A stretch of 64,000 bases of DNA from contig NC_092395.1 of assembly GCF_030028105.1 (NCBI RefSeq), positions 44,048,459-44,112,458 of the forward strand, written 5' to 3'. Origin of the DNA: Mobula birostris. Lineage: Eukaryota. Position numbers and translations under genes: made by a program. Positions 56,250 through 64,000 of this stretch are shown here, piece by piece (position 1 is the first letter of the stretch; the number at the start of each line of letters is the position of its first letter). The notes beneath the pieces were generated by a model that saw only the letters and a list, made by a program, of their open reading frames with translations, did not search any database and had not been told where the DNA came from.

Positions 56250-58290
56250 TATTAGGAGAGACTCTGCAAGTTGTTCAGATACTTGGAGAGAGTATTTATG
56301 AGTGTTGAAGACAGCATTTGGAAAAGCATAGTCTGATTGTGGATAGTCTGCATGGCTTTCTGAGGATCAAGTCAAGTCTCATGAGCTTGGATGAATTGTT
56401 TGAGGGTGTGACAAAACACATTGTTGAAGATAGAGTAATGGATGTGGTGGGGATGGACTTCAGTAAAAATGTATATGGAGTTTAGTAAAATGTGTGTTGA
56501 GGTTCTCCATGGTCGGCTCATTCAGAAATTCAGGAGGTATGGGATCCAAGGAAACCCGGCCATGTATATATAGAATTGACTTGCCCATGGAGTGCAGAAG
56601 GTTCTTTTAGATGGCGAGTTTTCTGCCTGAATGTAGGTGACCACGGTAGTCCACAGAATTCTGTTCAGGGATCCTTGTCCCTTGTGTTTGTTATAAATGA
56701 CTTGGATCAGGAAGTGAAAGGGTGGGCTGATAAGATTGTTGATGATGAAAAGGTTAGTGAAGTTGTGGAGAGTATGGAGCTTTGTTGTAGTCGGTAACTG
56801 GACAGGATGCAGAACTGGGCTGAGAATTGACAGATGGAGTTCAACCCAGTAGATGTGAGGTGATTCACTTTGAAAGGTTAATTGAAAAGGTCTGCAGAAC
56901 ATTCTGAGCCAAAATAAGACCATGACCATAAGACACTGAAGCAGAATTAACCCTGCCTTGTCCCTGTAACTGTTTATGCTCAACTCAATCAAGAATCTAT
57001 CTACCTCTGTTTTAAATATACCCAATGAGTGGTCCTCCACTGCACTCTGTTCCAATGATCCCACAGGTTCATCAACCTCTGGCTAAGCAAATTACTCTTC
57101 ACCTCTGCCCTCAAAGGATGTCATAGTATTCTGATTCTATGCCATCTGGTCATTGACTCCTCCAATTCAGGAAACATCCTCTAACACATCCACACTTTCT
57201 AGTCCTTTGCATATTCGATAGATTTCAATGAGAGCACAAATCCTTGTTCAAAAGTCCATCAAGTACAGGCATAGAGCCAGCAAACACTCCTTTAATGTTA
57301 ACCCTTTCATTCCTGGAATCATTCTCATTGTCATGACTGCTTAAAAACGAACTTGGAAGTTGCTGAGATGCTACATGAGGGAGTATCGTACCACATGACG
57401 TACTTCCAAATAATTAAATTCCAACTCAGAAAAGTATGTTTAATCCTTTATGACAAACCAACAGTAAAATTATTTGACTCTCCCTTAACTTATGTAAAAC
57501 AAAGTCGAACAAGACAAGTGTAGTTATATCAAATTCAAACAAAGACAAGCAAGGTGAGCGTAATTGGACAAATCAAAGAAAGATGAGTGGTCAACAAAAA
57601 ATATGCATTCCCAACTCACCACGCAGGTGAACAGGTGCCTCTGTTTATTTATTTCTATTGTTACCCAAACCCACGTGACAAAGTACCTTAACCCAGAGTG
57701 AGGATGCGCAATACATTTACAATACATACAGTTGGTAAATAGATACATGACTCCTACAACTATGAACCTCCTCTGGACCCTCTCCAATGTGAGCACATCA
57801 ATTCTTAGATAAACGGCCTGAGACTGCTCACAATACTCTAAACATAATCTGACCAATGCCCTCTAAACCTCAGTATTGCATACTTGTGTTATTGTTCTAA
57901 TCCTCTGAAAATGAATGCCAACTTTGCATTTAACTTACATAGCACTGATTCAATCTGCAAATTAAACTTTGAAGAATCCTGCACGAGGATTCCCAAGTCT
58001 CTTTGCACCTCTGATTTTCAAATAATCTTCCCATTTACAAAATAGTCTATGCAATTACTCCTTCAACCAAAGTGCATGACCATACACTTCTACACTATAT
58101 TCCATCTGCCACTTCTTTGCCCATTCTCTTAATCTGTCTATGTTCTTCTGTCAACATCTTGCTTCTTTAACATAACCTGCCCTTCTTCCGATCTTCTCAT
58201 CATCCACAAACTTGACCATACAACCGTTGATTGCACATCCAAATTATTGACATTTAATGTGAAAGGAACTGGTCCCAACACGAAAGAGGG
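56250..58290. mobile_element. Mosaic of CR1 fragments in both orientations, with an LTR-like insert at ~57329-57758
   Basis: RT motifs on plus (56250-56900) and minus (56915-57330, 57760-58290). The insert has TGT...ACA termini but no clean TSD. Confidence 0.65.
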
Positions 58291-58299
58291 AAGAGGAGG

Positions 58300-61200
58300 A
58301 CAACAGTAGTGATAGCAGATGGTCTCTTGCTCCTGGGTCACAGGGATGAGCACAACTCAGGTTGGGTCTATGACATTCTAAAGAGGTAAGATGAGCAGCG
58401 ATAAGTCTTGGTACATATTGGCACCAATGACATAGGTGAAAAAAAAGTGAGAAGATCCTGAAGAGAAAATTTAGAGAGCCCTCAGTAAAAAGCTGAAATG
58501 TAGGAAATCCAGGGTAGAAATGTCAAGATTGCTGCCTGTGCCACATACCTGTGAGGGTAAGAATAGGATGATTTGGCAGATGAATGCATGGCTGAGAAAC
58601 TAGTGCGGGGCAGGGGGGTGAGTTTTGGATTTCTAGACCATTGGGATGTCTTCTGGGGAATGCATGACCTGTACAAAAGTGATGGGTTACAACTGAACAG
58701 AAGCTGAAGCAATATCCGTCCTGACAGCTTTGGTAGAGCCGTTGGTTTGTGTTTAAGCCAATTTGAAAAGGGTATGGGACCAGAGTGATATTAACTGATG
58801 TTTTACAAGCAAAAACAGTGTGTAGTTGGACTGCCAGAATGGAGAGGCAGATGATAGGGCAAGATTGCAGTGAGTGAGATCAGTTGTAGTGTAAAAGAAG
58901 GACAAAATTGAAAAGGGTGATGGATACTGGAGTGAATGTGTTATATTTGAATGCAGGCAGTATACTGAATAAGTTAGATGTTCTTGAAGAGTCATTATTA
59001 GAGACTAGCAGATATGACATTGTGGGCATCACTGAGTCATGACTGACAGAAAATTATAGTTGGGATCTTCGCATTCAAGGGTACTTATTGTACAGAAAGG
59101 ACAGCCAAGTTGGCTGAGGGAGTGGCATGGATCTTTTGGCAAAAAATAGATGAAAATCCTGAGAAAGAGATGACATGGGATCAGAGGGTGGAAAATACTT
59201 GTGGGTAAAGTTAACAAAATGCAAGGGTAAAAAGACCATGATGGGACTTATATACAGGCCTCCAAACAGTAGCAAGATATGGGCTACAACTACAACATGA
59301 GAGAGGAAAGGCATGTCTAAAGCCAAAGTTGTGACAGTCAAGGAGGATTTCAATAAGCAGTTAATCAGGTTGGCACACGACCTGGAGAACAAAAGTTGTG
59401 TACAGAACAGCCAACAAGACAACTTTTTGGAACAGCTTTTTGTTGAGCCCACTAAGGGATCAGCTATTCTACATTGGGTGGTGTGTAATGAATGAAATTT
59501 GATTTGGGAGCATAAGGTAATGGAACCATTAGGAACAGTGATGGTAATATGATTGAATTCGCACTGCAATTACACAGCCAGTAGCTAAAGTCTGATGAAT
59601 CAGTATTACAGTGTAGTACGGGCCTGAAAGAGGAGATGACCCAAGTTAATTGGAAGGGGACCCTGCCAGGAATAATGACAGAGTATCAATGACTGGAGTT
59701 CCTGGGGGCAATTAGGGAGGCACAGGATAGTCACATCACAAAAGATACAAGGGTATTCTAAAGGCATGATGACATAACCATAGCTGATAAGCGAAGACAA
59801 AGCCAATATAAAAGATAAAGTGAAGGCATAGCATAGAGCAAAAGTTAATGGGAAAATAGAGGATCAGCAAACTTAAAAAAAAAAACAGCAGAAGGTAACT
59901 CAACATACAAAAGGAGGAAAAGATGAAATCTGAAGGTAAGCTCAGCAGTAGTATTAAGGAGAATAGCAAAAGTTTTTTTTTCAGATATGTAAAGTGTAAA
60001 AGGGAGACAAGAGTCGAGACTGTGGAAGGCTCTCAGAGTATACCAGAAATTTGAGAGTCAGGGGCAGAAGTGAGTACAGTTGTGATTAATAGGGAAAAGG
60101 TCCTTCTCATTCTGAAAGATCAGAAGGTAGATAAGTCACCTGCACCATTCGGACTACACATCAGTGTTCTGGAAGAGGTAGCTGAAGACATTGTGGAGTC
60201 ATTAATAATGATTTCACATGAAAGACTACATTCTACATGCTTTTGTAGGACTGGAAAATTGCAAATGTTACTCCACTCTTCAAGAAGAAAGGCAGGTAAA
60301 AGAAAGGAAATTACAGACCAATTGGCTCTGCCTCAGTGGTTGGGAAGATAATTGAAGTTGATTTGTTAAAGATGTAGATTCAGGTACTTGGAGTCACATG
60401 ATAAAATAGGTCAAAGTCGGCATGGTTTCCTTAAAGAAAATGTTGCTTCACAAATCTGTTAGAATTGTTTGAGGAAATGAAAAGCAGGATGGACAAAGGA
60501 AAATTAGTAGATGCTGTGTACTTGGATTTTCAGAAGGTCTTTGACAAGGTGCCACACATGAGGCTGCTTAACAAGATAAGAGCCCATGGTATTACAGAAA
60601 AGATATTAGCATTGATGGAGCACTAGCTGACTGGCAAGTGGCAAAGTGTTGGAATAAATGGAACCTCTTCTAATTGCCTGCCAGTGACTCATGGAATTCT
60701 GCAGGGGTCAGTTTTGGGATTCTTCCATTTAACATTGTATGTCGATGGTTTGGATGATGGAATTGATGGGTTTATGCCTAAGTTTGCGGACAATACAAAG
60801 GTGAGTAGAATATTCAGGGGGCACGCAGAAGGACTTAGACGGATTAGGAAAATGGACCAAGAAATTGCAGTTGGAGTACAGTGTCAGGAATTGTATGGTC
60901 ATTCACTTTGGTAGAAAGAATAAAAGCACAGCCAATATTCTAATGTGGGAGAAAATTCAGAAATCCAGGGTGCCAAGTGACTTGAAGTCATCATGCAGGA
61001 TTCCATAATGATTAACTTGCAGGTTGAGACAGTGATGAGGAAGACAAATGCAATGTTGGAATTCATTTCAAGAGGACTAAAGTAAAAAGGCAAGGATTTA
61101 TGAGGCATTGGTGAGGCTTCACTTGGAGTATTGTAAGCAGTTTGGTGCCGGGTACTTAAGAAAGCAGGTGCTGACATGGGAGAGGATTCAGAGCAGGTTC

Positions 61201-61600
61201 AGGGGAAAGGTTCCAGGAATGAAAGGCTCATGAGATGAGGAGTGTTCGATGGTTCTGAGCCTTTTCTTCTTGCTTAAATTTAGGGAATGAGGAGGAGGAT
61301 GCTTTGAAACCTATTGAATGTTGAAGGTCCTAGAAAGGATGAATGATGTTTCCTATGTTGATGGTGTACAGAACCAGAGGGCTCTGCCCTCTGAATAGAG
61401 AGATGACCGTTTAGAATGGACAGAAAGCAGAATTTCTTTTGCCAGGAGGTGTTGATTCTGCAGAATTTGTTCACAGGTAGCTGTGGAACCCTGGTCACTG
61501 GGTGTAATTTAGGCAGAGCTTGACAGGTGATTGAATAGTTGGAGCAGGAAATGTTGTGGGAAGAAGTCAGGAAAATGGGCTTGAGAGGGAAATGGATCAC
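58300..61600 (+). mobile_element. Degenerate CR1 LINE (ORF1 esterase, endonuclease, RT)
   Basis: VHIGTNDIG-like sequence at ~58410, YLNAGSI at ~58945, HGILQGSVLG...PKFADNTKV (60684-60914). Confidence 0.85.
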
Positions 61601-61749
61601 CCATGTCTTATGGACTTATGCTCTTCTGGATATGCACTTTCACCTCTCTTTTACTCTGTATATAGCTGAAACAACTTTTTCTATCCACTTTTATATTATT
61701 GGCTAGCTTACATTCATATTTTATCTTTCTGCTCCAATGTAAAAACTTC

Positions 61750-62520
61750 TGGTTTAAGATGGTGCATCTGAAGGCAGGTGACAACTTACTAATGGTTCTC
61801 AAGGAAAGAATTACAACTAAATAATTTATTCATAACAGTTTATCTGCAACAAATTGTGGTAAACAATCTCCACAAAACAGCAAAGTGGCGAGCGGAGCTG
61901 AAGATGACTCCAGGGTCAAGACATGTCCAAGAGAAGTGTTCGGAGTCAGAGAGCGAGCTGGAGTGAGCGGAGTGAGGAAAAGCCCATGTACAGGAGTTTC
62001 CGAGCCTGTCCAACTAAATCGAGAGTGAGGAGTAATCGATGGAAAGGTTGGGTACAGATTGGAATGTGGCAGCAGAGCCCAGGCCCAGAAGGAGTTGACG
62101 TGACAGGGCTTGGGTCCGAGAGTGAGGAATGCCCCGATGTCTGGATGATTTCATCGTCAAACTGAAGGTATGGGTGGGGTCTGTTCTGATTGCTGCTCCG
62201 AGGCTGAGGCTGTGGGCCTGCTACAACTGGTCCAGCCTTCGTGTCTGAGGGACCCACAACGTTTTACTTTGGCAGGTGATGAACTAGGCCTGCAGCTGTG
62301 GGCTTTGTGTCTATGGACTCACTTTCCTTCTTAATGCTGTTTACTTGTTTTAATTGTTTGCACAATTTACTTCTATTTCTTTCTCTGAATATTGAGTGTC
62401 TGTTCCATTTTCTCACTGGGTCCTTTTGGGTTTCTTGCTTTGTGGCTGTCTCTAAAGATACACATCTCAAAGTTGTATAATATATACATACTTCAAGCAT
62501 AAATATACTTTGAAATTTTT
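61750..62520 (+). mobile_element. Non-autonomous non-LTR element with an L1/Tx1-like 5' end and AT-rich 3' end
   Basis: AAGATGG(T)GC head at ~61757 and GT-rich 3' end ending ATAAAT...TACTTTGAA. Architecture resembles the A1/A2 elements. Confidence 0.45.
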
Positions 62521-63034
62521 ATATGTTTTTAATTGCCTGCTATTGATTTTTAAAAGCTTCTAAATCTATTAATTTCCGAGTAACTATTGCAATCTCAGTT
62601 GCCCTCTCTTTTGCTTTTAAGGCTGTACTGTGCTGTCATGTTCTATTCCGAATGTTCTATGTAAAAATATGTACAATGTTTGCAAGTCAGACTGTCAATA
62701 TCTTACTTTTATGGTATAAACTTAGTAAAGAAATTAAAAAGTGATTCAGTATCTGTTCAAAAAAAATTTAAGTAGGCTTGCTGATTCTTTAAAATTAATT
62801 TCTGGGACCTGGGCATCGCTGGCAGGCACAGTATCATTTACTCATCGTTTCAGAGAGGGATGGTGAACTGTGGTCTTGTACTGCTGCTGTCCTTCTGGGG
62901 AAGGTGCTCCAACAGTGATATCAGGGAGGATGTTCCTGAACTTAGGTGAAGGATCAGCGATATATTTTCAGATCTCAATGTTGTCACAGTTAGAGGGGAA
63001 CCTGCAGGTGGTAGTGTTCCTCTGAATCTTATAC

Positions 63035-63116
63035 ACTTGCCCAGCCTTTTTTACAGAATGCCAAGGACCCCTACCATTAACCGAGATGTCCATGGACCCC
63101 AGGTTTGGAACCCCTG
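63035..63116 (+). mobile_element. hAT (Charlie/Buster-type) MITE remnant
   Basis: Ends GGACCCCAGGTTTGGAACCCCTG, a typical hAT TIR. Confidence 0.6.
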
Positions 63117-64000
63117 CTTTAGTGGTCGAGATGGTGGTTTGGGAGGTGAGTACATAAATGAACTGCGTCTTGAAGATATTCCACACTGCAGTTGTAGTGA
63201 GTTGGTTGTGGAGGGAATAATAGAGGAATAATTCTAGATTGTAGTAATCAAGAGGATTGTTGTGTCAAAGGTGATGTTAAACTCCTTGAGAGTTGTCAAA
63301 ACTGAAGTGGAGAGTATTCAGTAATTGGAGAGATTCAGGTAAGTGGAGAGAATTCTTATGTAAGTACATTTTTACTAATTTGCTAAATTACATTGAACTG
63401 AAGTCCCACTCTACATCTCATCTTAATTTTCTGTTCCTATCATTTCAATGGAAAGGAAACCAAGCTTTGGCGATGTTACTGAGTGGGAGGGGGTTCAATT
63501 CACTGTCACCCAGTTAAACCATCAGACTTATTTAACATTTCCTTCTCTCAGTATTCAGTGAAAATTCTATGGGGTGAGGTGACTCAGAAAACTAAACATC
63601 GCACAATTTGTGAGACAATTTGTGTTTTGGCTGCCACAGCAGAAGAAAACAAGATAATGTCCCTATAAGCAGTAGAGTGTCTGACAGAATTTTAAAGTAA
63701 AATCAGGTAGAGCAGAAACTATGATATTTGGGTAGTGTGGTATAAAAAGCAGGTGTAATCATCTTGTCTCAGCTCTGGGCCATCTCTCTCCTTAAAATAA
63801 CACTTCATTTCCTCCTGGGGCAGCAGATGTTTGTTATTTTCTCACATAAATGGCTGAAGATCTGAGCTGCACCAAAGCTACATTTTTTTAAATGATGAGG
63901 CAATTTTTATATTTAAAATTATATTATAAAAATGGTTTCTTTCCACCATGGTACCATGGCTTATAATGGCCAATTCATTTGCACTGTATTAGATAACTCT

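Overview
This is vertebrate genomic DNA, most consistent with a cartilaginous fish (shark or ray). That assignment is inferred from the cluster-type Ig organisation and the CR1/Penelope/V-SINE repeat content. Most of the window is transposable-element debris: CR1, Penelope-like, Rex1/Babar, RTE, Gypsy gag/pol plus solo LTRs, a hAT-Buster transposon and a class III ERV pol relic. The only host genes I can identify are two tandem minus-strand immunoglobulin light-chain clusters of sigma type. Cluster 1 (~36.7-41.9 kb) has an octamer/TATA promoter, a leader, a VJ exon already joined in the germline with no RSS, a C exon and a polyA signal. Cluster 2 (~30.0-32.7 kb) has the same pre-joined VJ junction but is frameshifted and stop-interrupted, and its 5' end is unrelated sequence. 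The two copies carry reciprocal lesions. Cluster 1 has an open frame but has lost FR2 Trp, the J-motif Phe, the C-exon splice acceptor (AG>GG) and the terminal Cys; cluster 2 retains all four. The Penelope elements and their short derivatives carry minimal hammerhead-ribozyme motifs, one of which looks intact. Repeat boundaries and all identities were read by eye and are approximate.
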